Source: Candidatus Nomurabacteria bacterium
GTDB lineage: Bacteria; Patescibacteriota; Minisyncoccia; Phycocordibacterales; UBA9973
Assembly: GCA_037139835.1 (NCBI GenBank)
Contig: JBAXFQ010000001.1
Location: 12,780-76,779, forward strand
Direction of reading: 5' to 3'
Length of the DNA stretch: 64,000 nucleotides
The number at the start of each line of letters is the position of its first letter. Position 1 is the first letter of the stretch. Below, piece after piece: positions 11,092 through 20,769 of the stretch. The translations under genes and the position numbers were made by a program. The notes beneath the pieces were generated by a model, which was not told the DNA's origin, made no database searches, and was given only the letters and a program-made list of their open reading frames with translations.

Positions 11092-11766
11092 TTAGTGTGC
11101 AACTGCAATGCCTACGACTTTCTTAGCCCCAGATTTTTTCAAAACTTTTATCGCTTCGAGCATAGTTCCACCCGTTGTTGTTACATCATCTATAACAATA
11201 AGAGTTTTACCTTTTATCGATTCACTATTTTTTATTTCAAAAGCTCCTTTTATATTTTTTAATCTTTTATTTCTGTTTGTTAGCCTAGCTTGTGGTATTG
11301 TATTTAATTTTTTATATAAAATATTTGTTTTTAAAATAATGATATTATCATTTTTCGTACAGCAGAAGGCTCTAGCAATAATTTCAGACTGATTATATCC
11401 TCTTTTATTGTATTTGTTTTTAGATATTGGTATTGGTATGACAAATATAGGTGATCCTTTTGAAAATGTTTTTATTGAATCAATTTCTTCTAGCATTGAT
11501 TCATATAGCATCTCTCCAAATTTTTTACCCAAGTAGGGAGAGTGATGGTATTTTAATTTCCATATAGCTTTTTTTATCAGAGGATCTCTGTAGTCATAAA
11601 GTGCTATTATATTTTCCTCTGTTTGTCTTTCTGCCAATTTCAGACTATCTATACAATTTGAACATATTATTTCGCCTCTGATATTGCACCCAATACATCT
11701 CGAAGGGAATAGGATTCCGAGGATTAGATTCAAACTTCTTCTCAATGTATATATTGTCTTTTCCAC
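11092..11766 (-). CDS. comFC: ComF-family protein (ComFC; double zinc ribbon + phosphoribosyltransferase domain)
   Basis: CIGCNIRGEIICSNCIDSL plus the PRTase P-loop LIVIDDVTTTGGTM. It is divergent from pilM. Confidence 0.75.
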   Translation of the reverse strand: MEKTIYTLRRSLNLILGILFPSRCIGCNIRGEIICSNCIDSLKLAERQTEENIIALYDYRDPLIKKAIWKLKYHHSPYLGKKFGEMLYESMLEEIDSIKTFSKGSPIFVIPIPISKNKYNKRGYNQSEIIARAFCCTKNDNIIILKTNILYKKLNTIPQARLTNRNKRLKNIKGAFEIKNSESIKGKTLIVIDDVTTTGGTMLEAIKVLKKSGAKKVVGIAVAH

Positions 11767-11810
11767 TTCTTAATTTTACAATATATATGTTATACTGGAT
11801 AGTAATTAAT

Positions 11811-12959
11811 ATGGATAAATCACTAAAGAATGTAATATCATCTGGACTAGCCAGCCTCTCTGAGATATTTTCCTCTGATAAATCTACGAAGAGCGTTTTG
11901 GGTATAGATATTGGTTCTTCTGCTATAAAAGTTGTCCAACTAAAAAAGAAAAATGGAAAAGCCGTCCTAGAGACTTATGGTGCTATTTCACTTGGTCCTT
12001 ATGGTAATACAGACATAGGTTCAGTGACTAACTTAAAAACAGAAGATATCGTTCGAGCTCTACTTGATGTTATGAAAGAATCAAATGTAACTGTTAAGAC
12101 AGGTATTTTAGCTATCCCTTCTTCTTCTAGTTTGATTTTTACAATTTCTCTTCCAGACAAGATTACTGAGGACAAGCTTTCAAGTGTAGTCCCTCTAGAA
12201 GCTCGTAAATATATCCCAGTTCCCATTACAGAAGTTTCTTTGGATTGGTTTGTTCTTCCAAAGGAGGCTGATTCGTCTGAGATAAACATAATGAATAATA
12301 CTGTTGCTCAAAAAATACCTGATCCCAAGACAGAAGTTCTAGTTGTTGCTATCCACAACGATATACTTGGACGCTATCAAGAAATCCTTAAAGATACAGA
12401 TATACATTCCGATTCATTTGAAATGGAAATATTTAGTAATATAAGAGCTTCTTTTTCTCATGATTTGGCTCCAGTCTTACTTATGGACTTTGGTGCTTCT
12501 AAGACCAAGCTTTCCATCATAGAAGAAGGAGTTGTTCACGTCTTCCATGTTGTAAACAGGGGAGGAGCAGATATTACAAAAAATATTGTCAGCTCTATGG
12601 GTATATCTTTTGCAGAAGCAGAAAAGTTAAAGAGATCTATTGGTCTAGATGCAAATAGTAATCCAGAAGTCGCAGATATCATAAGATTGTCTGTTGATTA
12701 TATCTTATCAGATACAAATAGTGTTGTGTTTGCATACCAGAAGAAGTATAATAAAAACATCAGCAAAGTTATTCTTACTGGCGGAGGCTCTCTCACGAAA
12801 GGATTGATAGAAAGAGCCGTTTCTAATTTTCACACAGAAGTAATTTACAGTAATCCTTTTTCAAAAACAGAAGCTCCAGCATTTTTACTTCCAATTCTAG
12901 AAATTAGTGGACCAGAATTTAGTGTTGCTGTTGGTTTGGCCTTGAGACAATTATTTTAA
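11811..12959 (+). CDS. pilM: Type IV pilus assembly protein PilM (actin-like ATPase)
   Basis: VLGIDIGSSAIKVVQL is an actin/ASKHA fold N-terminus. This is the first gene of the pilMNO block, with start set at MDKSLKNV. Confidence 0.8.
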   Translation: MDKSLKNVISSGLASLSEIFSSDKSTKSVLGIDIGSSAIKVVQLKKKNGKAVLETYGAISLGPYGNTDIGSVTNLKTEDIVRALLDVMKESNVTVKTGILAIPSSSSLIFTISLPDKITEDKLSSVVPLEARKYIPVPITEVSLDWFVLPKEADSSEINIMNNTVAQKIPDPKTEVLVVAIHNDILGRYQEILKDTDIHSDSFEMEIFSNIRASFSHDLAPVLLMDFGASKTKLSIIEEGVVHVFHVVNRGGADITKNIVSSMGISFAEAEKLKRSIGLDANSNPEVADIIRLSVDYILSDTNSVVFAYQKKYNKNISKVILTGGGSLTKGLIERAVSNFHTEVIYSNPFSKTEAPAFLLPILEISGPEFSVAVGLALRQLF

Positions 12960-12962
12960 ATT

Positions 12963-13631
12963 ATGGAGAATTCATTTCAAACATCGTTCATCCCTAAAAA
13001 GCCCATAGTGGCTAATAGTTCTGCATCTAATTCTGACAATAGTATAAGTATTACTATGGTTGTTTCTATTTTTATTTTGGTAGTAATGCTTGCTGCGACA
13101 GGAGGCTTGTATTTGTATAAGAATTATTTACAAAATAACAAAGCAGTGTTATCTGGAAACTTAAAAAAAATCAAGGATAGTTTTGACAAGAATACAATTG
13201 CCAACCTTGAAACGTATGATAAAACTTCTAGTGTTGCTAAACAGATATTAGAAAATCATATAGTATTATCTCCTTTATTTGAATTAATAAATGAGCTAAC
13301 ACTTTCTTCTATTCAATATACAAAGTTCGACCACAAGGTAGTCAACGGGGTATTTTCTGTAAATATGTCAGGTATAGCTCGTGATTATAAATCAATCGCT
13401 CTTCAGGCTGATGTTTTTAGCACTCCTAAAGGCCGTATGTTTCAAAATGTTATTTTTTCTAATTTAACAAAAGACAAGAATAATAATGTAACTTTTAACG
13501 TAGAATTTGATGTAGATCGTGCCTTACTTTCATATTCGAACAATATAACCAATGGCAACATAAAGACTTCAGCAAACAATACACCCTCGATAGACCAGCC
13601 AGCACAACAGGTAACTAATAATCCACAATAA
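12963..13631 (+). CDS. pilN: PilN-like bitopic pilus assembly protein
   Basis: One N-terminal TM helix followed by a periplasmic domain. Positioned after pilM. Confidence 0.55.
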   Translation: MENSFQTSFIPKKPIVANSSASNSDNSISITMVVSIFILVVMLAATGGLYLYKNYLQNNKAVLSGNLKKIKDSFDKNTIANLETYDKTSSVAKQILENHIVLSPLFELINELTLSSIQYTKFDHKVVNGVFSVNMSGIARDYKSIALQADVFSTPKGRMFQNVIFSNLTKDKNNNVTFNVEFDVDRALLSYSNNITNGNIKTSANNTPSIDQPAQQVTNNPQ

Positions 13632-13636
13632 TTATT

Positions 13637-14224
13637 ATGAAAATAATCATTCCAATTTTATTTATAGTTATAGCGGTCCTAGCTTTTATTTTCGGTGTGA
13701 ATCCGTGGTATAATGACGTTAATGCTCTAAGAGCTGAAATATTAGATTATAATACAGCACTAAATAATTCTGCTGAATTACTAAAAGCTGAAGATTCTTT
13801 GATTGGTACATATAATGGCATAAAACAATCAGACAAAGATCGTTTGAGTAGTTTAATCCCTAGTTCAGTAAATAATATCCAATTTATCCTTGAAGTGGAA
13901 CGCATTGCAAATCTTCATAACATGCCGATAAAAGATTTGAAGTTTGAGGCTAGCAGACAAACATCATCAGGAGGGGCTGTCGTCGCTCAAGTTGGGCCAG
14001 ATGATAAACCTTATGGAGTTTTTCCTTTAGAATTTAGCACCGAAGGTACTTATGATACATTTGTTCTTTTCTTAAAAGACCTCGAGTATAATTTGAGATT
14101 AGTTGATGTTAAGTCTATATCATTTACAGTTCCTACTGTGGATCCGTCAGTAAAAATTACAGATGGTTTAGATCCAAACGTATATAAATATTCAGTTAAA
14201 GTAGAGACTTATTGGCTTAAATAA
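13637..14224 (+). CDS. pilO: PilO-like bitopic pilus assembly protein
   Basis: N-terminal TM helix followed by a coiled coil. Positioned after pilN. Confidence 0.5.
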   Translation: MKIIIPILFIVIAVLAFIFGVNPWYNDVNALRAEILDYNTALNNSAELLKAEDSLIGTYNGIKQSDKDRLSSLIPSSVNNIQFILEVERIANLHNMPIKDLKFEASRQTSSGGAVVAQVGPDDKPYGVFPLEFSTEGTYDTFVLFLKDLEYNLRLVDVKSISFTVPTVDPSVKITDGLDPNVYKYSVKVETYWLK

Positions 14225-14226
14225 TT

Positions 14227-14871
14227 ATGCATAGAAAATACAATAAATTTTTAATAGTTTCACTTGTTGCTGTAGTAATACTAGGGGTTTATTCATATTT
14301 TTATAATGATTTAAAGTCAGAGGCTGCAGCCGGAGATAATGCTCTAACGTCTTCTTTGAATCCTACTGGCTCTCCTGTTGCGACAAGTACTAGTGGAACT
14401 TCAACTTTCAGTGAAGATTCAGCATTTTTGTTAAAATTAAATTCTCTAAAGAAGATAAAGATAGATGTTTCTATTTTTGATAGCCAGGCATTTAAGCTTT
14501 TAGTTAGTAATACCATAAAACTTGATCCAGTACCTTACGGAAGAATAAATCCTTTTTCTCCTACAGATAAACCAGTCGTAACCAATAAAGTAACTTATAC
14601 ATTGAAGACTAATCCCGTTTCTGCCTTAACAGCCAAGTCGGCAGTATTAAATGGATCACTAGAAGGTGCTGTTTCAAATAATATATATTTTGAATACGGC
14701 TTAGTGGAACCATTAGATAAAATGACACCTAAGGTCACTCCGTCTTCTATCGGTAGTTTTGCTTCGAATATAATTTCACTTACTCCAAAGACTACTTACC
14801 TATATCGTGCTGTTGCAAATATAAATGGTGCTCTTGTTTATGGAGATATAATTTCATTTAATACAAATTAA
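14227..14871 (+). CDS. Membrane-anchored hypothetical protein in the pilus operon (possible PilP analogue; beta-rich C-terminal domain)
   Basis: Signal-anchor followed by a Ser/Thr-rich linker. Located between pilO and pilB. Confidence 0.4.
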   Translation: MHRKYNKFLIVSLVAVVILGVYSYFYNDLKSEAAAGDNALTSSLNPTGSPVATSTSGTSTFSEDSAFLLKLNSLKKIKIDVSIFDSQAFKLLVSNTIKLDPVPYGRINPFSPTDKPVVTNKVTYTLKTNPVSALTAKSAVLNGSLEGAVSNNIYFEYGLVEPLDKMTPKVTPSSIGSFASNIISLTPKTTYLYRAVANINGALVYGDIISFNTN

Positions 14872-14874
14872 AAT

Positions 14875-16605
14875 ATGATATTACTAGAAGAATTAGTAAA
14901 ACATGGTCTTCTAACAGAAGATCAAGTACCTGAAATTGTAAAATCATCAGAAGAAAAATATGATGGTGATATAGAGCAGGCCTTAGTAAATTTCGGTATA
15001 AACGAGGATTCTATTCTTGAATTGAAAGGGTCAGTTTTTAATATACCAATTAAAAAAGTTGATCTAGGGCTTGTTACATCTTCTATTCTTAAAATAATTC
15101 CAGTAGAGACTACAAAGACTTATCATTTTGTTCCTATTGGAATTACAAATAATGTTCTTGAGATAGGTATTATTGATCCTGAAAACGTGCAAGCTATAGA
15201 TGTTTTGACATTTATTACGGCAAAGTTGGATAAGCCTTTTAAATTATATTTAATTAGTAGTTCTGTATATAGAAAATTATTAGAGAAATATGACGCACTT
15301 AGCAGTGAAGTCGATATGGCTCTTTCAGAGCTAGATCAAGAGATAGCTAATGCAGGAAGTGATAAATCAAAAGATAAAGAAAAAGCACTAAAACCCGGTG
15401 AGACCAGAGAAGAAGAAAAAATTACAGAAGATGCTCCTATAATAAAAATAGTTGCCGTTATCTTGAGACATGCTGTCGAGGGTAATGCTTCAGATATACA
15501 TATAGAGCATGTAGGGGATAGGATAAAAGTACGTTTCCGTGTTGACGGAATTCTTCATACATCTCTCACTCTTCCTGTTGCCGTCTACAATGGAGTAATT
15601 GCTCGTATTAAAATATTGGCCAAGTTAAGATTAGATGAGAAACGTAAACCACAAGATGGTGGCTTCTCTACAAAAATGGAAGGCCGAAAGATAGACTATC
15701 GTGTCTCCACAATGCCATCTTATTATGGTGAGAAGATAGTTATGCGTATTCTTGATTCACAGAGAGGTGTGAAGCCTTTGAATGATTTAGACATGTCTCC
15801 TTCAAATCTAGCTTTAGTTCGTGAAGCCTTAGACAAACCATACGGACTTATCTTGATAACTGGCCCTACTGGTTCTGGTAAAACGACGACTTTGAATTCG
15901 ATGATAAGTGAACTAGATCATGAAAAAGAAAATATAGTCACACTGGAAGATCCTGTTGAGTATCACATTGATGGTGTAAACCAGTCACAAGTCGCCCCAG
16001 AGATAGGATATACTTTTGCTTCGGGTTTACGTTCTATTTTAAGACAAGACCCAGATGTAATCATGGTGGGAGAGATCCGTGATAAAGAGACAGCTGAGCT
16101 CGCTATTCAAGCTGCTCTTACTGGTCACTTAGTATTTTCTACACTCCACACCAATAGTTCTGTCGGTGCTATCCCTCGTTTGATAGATATGGGAATCGAT
16201 CCATACTTGATAGCTCCTACTCTAATCCTTTGTATGGCTCAACGTTTAGCTCGTAAAATACAGGTAAATTCTAAACAAGAAATCCCAATAGATGAAGCGA
16301 AAAGATTATTGATAGACAAGCATTTTGCGGATTTGCCTGCTGAATATAAGTCAAAGATAAATTTCAATACATCCGTTTTTGAAGCTATCTCAACTCCTGA
16401 ATGTCCATCAGGAATGCTCGGACGTGTTCCTGTTTATGAAATGTTCAAGATAGATAAAGAAATGCAAAAAATAATATTAAGTAAACCTCAAGAACAGGAT
16501 ATCTATGCACTTGCACGTTCAAGAGGTATGCTCACTATTCGCGAAGATGCGATTATTAAAAGTATGGAAGGCTTAATTCCTTTTAAAGAGATATATAACT
16601 TCTAG
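14875..16605 (+). CDS. pilB: Type IV pilus assembly ATPase PilB (GspE family)
   Basis: N1/N2 domains, Walker A GPTGSGKTTT, Asp and His boxes, and a C-terminal tetra-Cys-like region. Confidence 0.9.
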   Translation: MILLEELVKHGLLTEDQVPEIVKSSEEKYDGDIEQALVNFGINEDSILELKGSVFNIPIKKVDLGLVTSSILKIIPVETTKTYHFVPIGITNNVLEIGIIDPENVQAIDVLTFITAKLDKPFKLYLISSSVYRKLLEKYDALSSEVDMALSELDQEIANAGSDKSKDKEKALKPGETREEEKITEDAPIIKIVAVILRHAVEGNASDIHIEHVGDRIKVRFRVDGILHTSLTLPVAVYNGVIARIKILAKLRLDEKRKPQDGGFSTKMEGRKIDYRVSTMPSYYGEKIVMRILDSQRGVKPLNDLDMSPSNLALVREALDKPYGLILITGPTGSGKTTTLNSMISELDHEKENIVTLEDPVEYHIDGVNQSQVAPEIGYTFASGLRSILRQDPDVIMVGEIRDKETAELAIQAALTGHLVFSTLHTNSSVGAIPRLIDMGIDPYLIAPTLILCMAQRLARKIQVNSKQEIPIDEAKRLLIDKHFADLPAEYKSKINFNTSVFEAISTPECPSGMLGRVPVYEMFKIDKEMQKIILSKPQEQDIYALARSRGMLTIREDAIIKSMEGLIPFKEIYNF

Positions 16606-16642
16606 TAGGAAAAGTATTGTAATTGTATTATAATATATTGGT

Positions 16643-17032
16643 ATGGATCAAAGTAAAAAAATTCTAATTATAGATGATGATAGTTTTCTTTTGGATATGT
16701 ATGCATTAAAATTTACTAAATCAAATTTTGATGTTACTGCGGCGTTGGGTCCAGAAATTGCCTTAGAAAAACTACATTTAGGTTTAAAGCCAGATGTAAT
16801 ACTGCTTGATATTGTAATGCCAGTTATGGATGGATTTGAATTGCTTGAGAAAATGAAAGAAGAAAGCTTATCTCAGGATTCCATCAAGATTATTCTTTCA
16901 AATAGAGGTCAAGCTTCTGATATTGCTAGAGGAGAATCTCTCGGAGCAGCTGGATATATAGTAAAAGCTTCAAGTACTCCAACAGAAGTTTTAGAAAAAG
17001 TTAAAAGTATTATTAATGAGAAAAAAATATAA
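16643..17032 (+). CDS. Stand-alone CheY-like receiver protein (PilH-like position)
   Basis: ILIIDDDSFLLDMY ... LLDIVMPVMDGFELL ... KIILSN. It sits between pilB and pilT. Confidence 0.75.
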   Translation: MDQSKKILIIDDDSFLLDMYALKFTKSNFDVTAALGPEIALEKLHLGLKPDVILLDIVMPVMDGFELLEKMKEESLSQDSIKIILSNRGQASDIARGESLGAAGYIVKASSTPTEVLEKVKSIINEKKI

Positions 17033-17034
17033 AT

Positions 17035-18093
17035 ATGGATTACAATAAATTTTTAGATGAAATATTAACAAGTTTAATTCACGAAGATGGATCAGACTTA
17101 CATCTCGGGGTAGGGCGTAAGCCAGCTATCCGTATCAATGGTCAGCTTGTTTTTCTAACAAATAAAGAGAACCTAAAGAGTGAAGATATGATTAGTATCC
17201 TAAGTATTATTCTTGGTAAAGAAAAAACTGAAAAATTCTTGGAAGATAAAGAAGTAGACTTCTCTTTTGCTTTCAAGGGGTTAGCACATTTGCGAGGCAA
17301 TGCTTATTTTCAGAGGAGTGGCATCTGTATTGCATTAAGACTTGTCCCCAAGGCTAAGAGTTTTGAAGATTTAAATCTTCCAGGTGTCCTTAAAACTTTT
17401 GCTATGAACAAGCAAGGATTTTTCCTTGTAGTTGGACCAGTAGGTCAAGGTAAGTCTACAACTCTTTCGACCATGATAAATTTTATAAATAAAGAAAGTA
17501 CAACTCATATAATAACTATTGAAGACCCTATAGAGCATGTATATACACAAGAAAGGTCTATTATAGATCAACGTGAAATAGGTCTAGATACAAAAGATTT
17601 CCCTGTAGCTTTAAAGTCCGCTTTTCGTGAAGACGTCAATGTGATCCTTATCGGTGAGATGCGTAACAATGAGACTATCTCTGCGGCAGTTACAGCTGCC
17701 GAGACTGGGCACTTGGTATTCTCAACGCTACATACGAACAATGCCCCCCAGACTATCGATCGTATCATCGACTCTTTCCCCGCTAATCAGCAGGATCAGA
17801 TAAGACTTCAACTCGCTTCTAGTTTGCTCGGTATTTTATCTCAGCGTCTTATCCCTCGTATTACAGGAGGACGTATACCTGCATTTGAATTACTTATAAA
17901 CAATAATGCTGTTTCAAATCTTATCAGAGAAAAGAGAACACACGAGATAAATACAGTCATAGAGACATCTTCAGAGCAGGGTATGATAGATATGAATCGG
18001 TATTTGATAGAATTAGTAGCTAAAGGAGAAATTTCTCTTGAAAGTGCTTATCAATATTCATTTAATCCAAAGGCACTTGAGAGAATGCTATAA
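17035..18093 (+). CDS. pilT: Twitching-motility retraction ATPase PilT
   Basis: Walker A GPVGQGKSTT and an AIRNLIRE-like box (AVSNLIREKRTHEI). Confidence 0.9.
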   Translation: MDYNKFLDEILTSLIHEDGSDLHLGVGRKPAIRINGQLVFLTNKENLKSEDMISILSIILGKEKTEKFLEDKEVDFSFAFKGLAHLRGNAYFQRSGICIALRLVPKAKSFEDLNLPGVLKTFAMNKQGFFLVVGPVGQGKSTTLSTMINFINKESTTHIITIEDPIEHVYTQERSIIDQREIGLDTKDFPVALKSAFREDVNVILIGEMRNNETISAAVTAAETGHLVFSTLHTNNAPQTIDRIIDSFPANQQDQIRLQLASSLLGILSQRLIPRITGGRIPAFELLINNNAVSNLIREKRTHEINTVIETSSEQGMIDMNRYLIELVAKGEISLESAYQYSFNPKALERML

Positions 18094-18098
18094 AATAT

Positions 18099-19304
18099 AT
18101 GATATTTAAATATGAAGCCATAACAAGTACAGGGGAGAAAAAAGTTGGGTCTATAGATGCTTCATCTAAAGATTCAGCTGTAGCAGCTATTCAACGTAGA
18201 GGGTTGATAGTCTCTTCTATACAAGAAGAAGGTATTAAAAATGGAATATTTAAATTATCCTTTTTCCAAAAAAGAATAAAAATGAAAGATGTTGTGATCA
18301 TGTCACGACAGATTTCTACTTTATTTGAAGCTCAAGTCTCAGCCTTGAAAGCTTTTCATCTACTCGCTTCAAATACAGAAAATCCTGCCTTGATCAAGGT
18401 CTTGAGTACTATCTCTTCAGATATAGAATCAGGTATCTCTATCTCAGAAGCTCTTTCCCGCCATCCAGATGTCTTCTCAGTTTTCTATGTAAACATGGTA
18501 AAAGCAGGTGAAGAATCCGGTAAGCTGACTCAGACCTTTTCTTATTTGGCTGAATATTTAGATAGACAGTATCAGCTAACTTCAAAGACAAAGAACGCTC
18601 TTATTTATCCTAGTTTCGTTATTGGAGTCTTCTTTGTAGTTATGATACTCATGTTCGTTTTTATTGTTCCTAGACTAGCTGCTATCATCAAAGATTCAGG
18701 TCAAGCCATACCATTTTCTACTAAAATCGTTTTCGCTTTAAGTGACTTACTTATCAATTACGGTTTATTTGTATTTATCGGAGTTTGTATTTTTGCTTTC
18801 TATTTATATAGGATGAGTAAGTCTGAGTCAGGAATGAAATACTTAGACAGAGTAAAGATTTCTATCCCTGTAATGAAAAATATTTTCATCAAGCTTTATC
18901 TTTCTAGAATTGCAGATAATCTAGATACATTACTTTCTTCTGGTGTTACTATTATTCGTTCGATGGAGCTTACTTCCGTTATTGTAGGGAATAGAGTCTA
19001 TGAAGATATTTTAAAAGATGCGACAGAGAAAGTGAAGAGTGGTAGTTCTCTATCTGAGGCTTTTGGTTCTTATCCAGAGATACCTCCTATCATGGTAGGT
19101 ATGATACACGTCGGAGAAGAGACAGGTTCTCTCGGAAATATCTTGAAAACATTGGGTAAATTTTACAATCGTGAAGTAAATGAAGCAGTCGATACTATGG
19201 TCTCTCTAATCGAGCCGATGATGATCGTTGCCCTCGGTCTTGGAGTTGGACTTCTTCTCACCTCTGTTCTCATGCCAATCTACAATATTGCAGGAGGAAT
19301 ATAA
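18099..19304 (+). CDS. pilC: Type IV pilus inner-membrane platform protein PilC (GspF family)
   Basis: 401 aa with two GspF repeats and three TM helices. Confidence 0.85.
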   Translation: MIFKYEAITSTGEKKVGSIDASSKDSAVAAIQRRGLIVSSIQEEGIKNGIFKLSFFQKRIKMKDVVIMSRQISTLFEAQVSALKAFHLLASNTENPALIKVLSTISSDIESGISISEALSRHPDVFSVFYVNMVKAGEESGKLTQTFSYLAEYLDRQYQLTSKTKNALIYPSFVIGVFFVVMILMFVFIVPRLAAIIKDSGQAIPFSTKIVFALSDLLINYGLFVFIGVCIFAFYLYRMSKSESGMKYLDRVKISIPVMKNIFIKLYLSRIADNLDTLLSSGVTIIRSMELTSVIVGNRVYEDILKDATEKVKSGSSLSEAFGSYPEIPPIMVGMIHVGEETGSLGNILKTLGKFYNREVNEAVDTMVSLIEPMMIVALGLGVGLLLTSVLMPIYNIAGGI

Positions 19305-19350
19305 GAATAATTGAGAATTAATAATTATTAATTAATAATTTAAACTCAAA

Positions 19351-19380
19351 AATACGTCGGCTCTGCCGACGTATTTTGTA
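19351..19380 (+). terminator. Rho-independent terminator after pilC
   Basis: acgtcggc tct gccgacgt followed by ATTTTGTATTT. Confidence 0.65.
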
Positions 19381-19480
19381 TTTATTATTAATACTATTCG
19401 CTAGAAACTAATCACTGATTATTAATCACTAACCCTTACTTGTCCACAGTCTATAAGTATTGTGCTTTTAATAATCTTAT

Positions 19481-19491
19481 ATGATATAATA
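19481..19491 (+). promoter_or_regulatory. Extended -10 promoter (TGATATAAT) for the major pilin gene
   Basis: ATATGATATAATAC lies about 65 nt upstream of the pilin ATG. A small hairpin (gtctttcataaaaaaagac) is present in the leader. Confidence 0.45.
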
Positions 19492-19557
19492 CATATATTA
19501 AAAAGTTAGGTCGCGTCTTTCATAAAAAAAGACAAATTATTAATTTAAATTTTAATC

Positions 19558-20067
19558 ATGAATAAAAATAAAGGTTTTACGCTTATTGAACTTTTGGTTG
19601 TTATTGCAATCATCGGTATCCTAGCTTCGGTCGTGTTGGCTTCTCTTTCTGGAGCAAGAACAAAAGCAAAGATAGCTGCAGTTCAATCAACATTAGCTTC
19701 AGCAAGAGCTCAAGCAGAGATTGGAATGGTAAATGGTAAATATATTCCAGATATTTGTCACTCAGGTTCAACGGGTTCTCTTAAGTTATTAATTGATTCT
19801 TTGAATAAAGTATCTTCTAAAGTTACTGAAATTAGATGTGGTTCTGATGCATCAGATTCATCAGGTTGGGCCAATAAATGGGCATTGGAAGCAGTAGTTG
19901 ATGGTAAATATTATTGTGCTGATAGTTCTGGATATTCTGGTCTTTCTGGTACGATTGGGTCAACTAGTGCTATCAGTCCAGCTTCAGTCACTATAAGTTC
20001 AAGCTCAGCTAATTCAATAACGGGTACTTATTCTTCTACTTCAGTAGACCTATCTTGTGCTTCTTAG
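19558..20067 (+). CDS. Type IV major pilin (class III signal peptide; Ser/Thr-rich C-terminal tail; 4 Cys)
   Basis: The sequence MNKNKG|FTLIELLVVIAIIGILASV is a prepilin leader with Glu+5. Confidence 0.85.
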   Translation: MNKNKGFTLIELLVVIAIIGILASVVLASLSGARTKAKIAAVQSTLASARAQAEIGMVNGKYIPDICHSGSTGSLKLLIDSLNKVSSKVTEIRCGSDASDSSGWANKWALEAVVDGKYYCADSSGYSGLSGTIGSTSAISPASVTISSSSANSITGTYSSTSVDLSCAS

Positions 20068-20105
20068 TTTTTTTTGCAGTAAATTATTAATTAATTTTAA
20101 AAATA

Positions 20106-20606
20106 ATGAATAAAAATAAAGGTTTTACACTTATTGAACTCTTAGTTGTTATTGCAATCATCGGTATTCTAGCTTCGGTCGTATTAGCTTCACTTTCTTC
20201 TGCTCGTGATAAAGGGAAGGACGCAGCCGTGAAGTCTCAGCTCGCAAGTATGAAGGCTCAGGCAGAATTGTTTTTTGCTAAAAGTGAAACATATGCTAAT
20301 GTTTGTGGTGATTCTCAAGTCAATAATGGCTTTGGAGGGGCATCAGGTCCAGGACTATTGTCTGCAGCTCATGCTTCGTCTGGTTCAGCAACTCCAGGGT
20401 CTACCGGTGTTGCGATAAATAATATATCATCAGCTCAAGTTTCTACTCAGACTGTTTGTAATGATTCAGATTCTGCTTGGGCAGTATCAGTGCCTTTAGC
20501 CACAAGTAGTTCTGGCTCACCATCTTATTACTGTTCTGATAATACTGGTTTATCAAAGGAAACTACTGTTCCTTTAGATAGCAAGACTGATTACGTTTGT
20601 AATTAA
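20106..20606 (+). CDS. Type IV pilin paralog
   Basis: Its N-terminal 31 aa are identical to the upstream pilin, and it has a divergent Ser/Gly-rich head. Confidence 0.85.
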   Translation: MNKNKGFTLIELLVVIAIIGILASVVLASLSSARDKGKDAAVKSQLASMKAQAELFFAKSETYANVCGDSQVNNGFGGASGPGLLSAAHASSGSATPGSTGVAINNISSAQVSTQTVCNDSDSAWAVSVPLATSSSGSPSYYCSDNTGLSKETTVPLDSKTDYVCN

Positions 20607-20626
20607 TTTATAGAGTATCTCTAAAA

Positions 20627-20661
20627 ACCAATCCACTCTATCGGATTGGTTTTTTGTTTGG
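20627..20661 (+). terminator. Rho-independent terminator after the second pilin
   Basis: aaccaatcc actctatc ggattggtt followed by TTTTTG. Confidence 0.7.
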
Positions 20662-20769
20662 TTGTGTGATAAAATAGTTAAAATAATATATTGATTTCAT
20701 TATTTTTTTGTTTTTTCAGATTTTACCAACAACAAATATTTTACTTAAAGAATTTATTAATTTTAATTT

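Noticed and set aside
10777-11262. 161-aa plus-strand ORF in the AT-rich interval between the ATP-grasp gene and comFC
   Set aside because: It has low-complexity Tyr/Ile/Phe-rich translation typical of AT-rich non-coding DNA, and it overlaps the comFC 3' end on the opposite strand. It is not supported.
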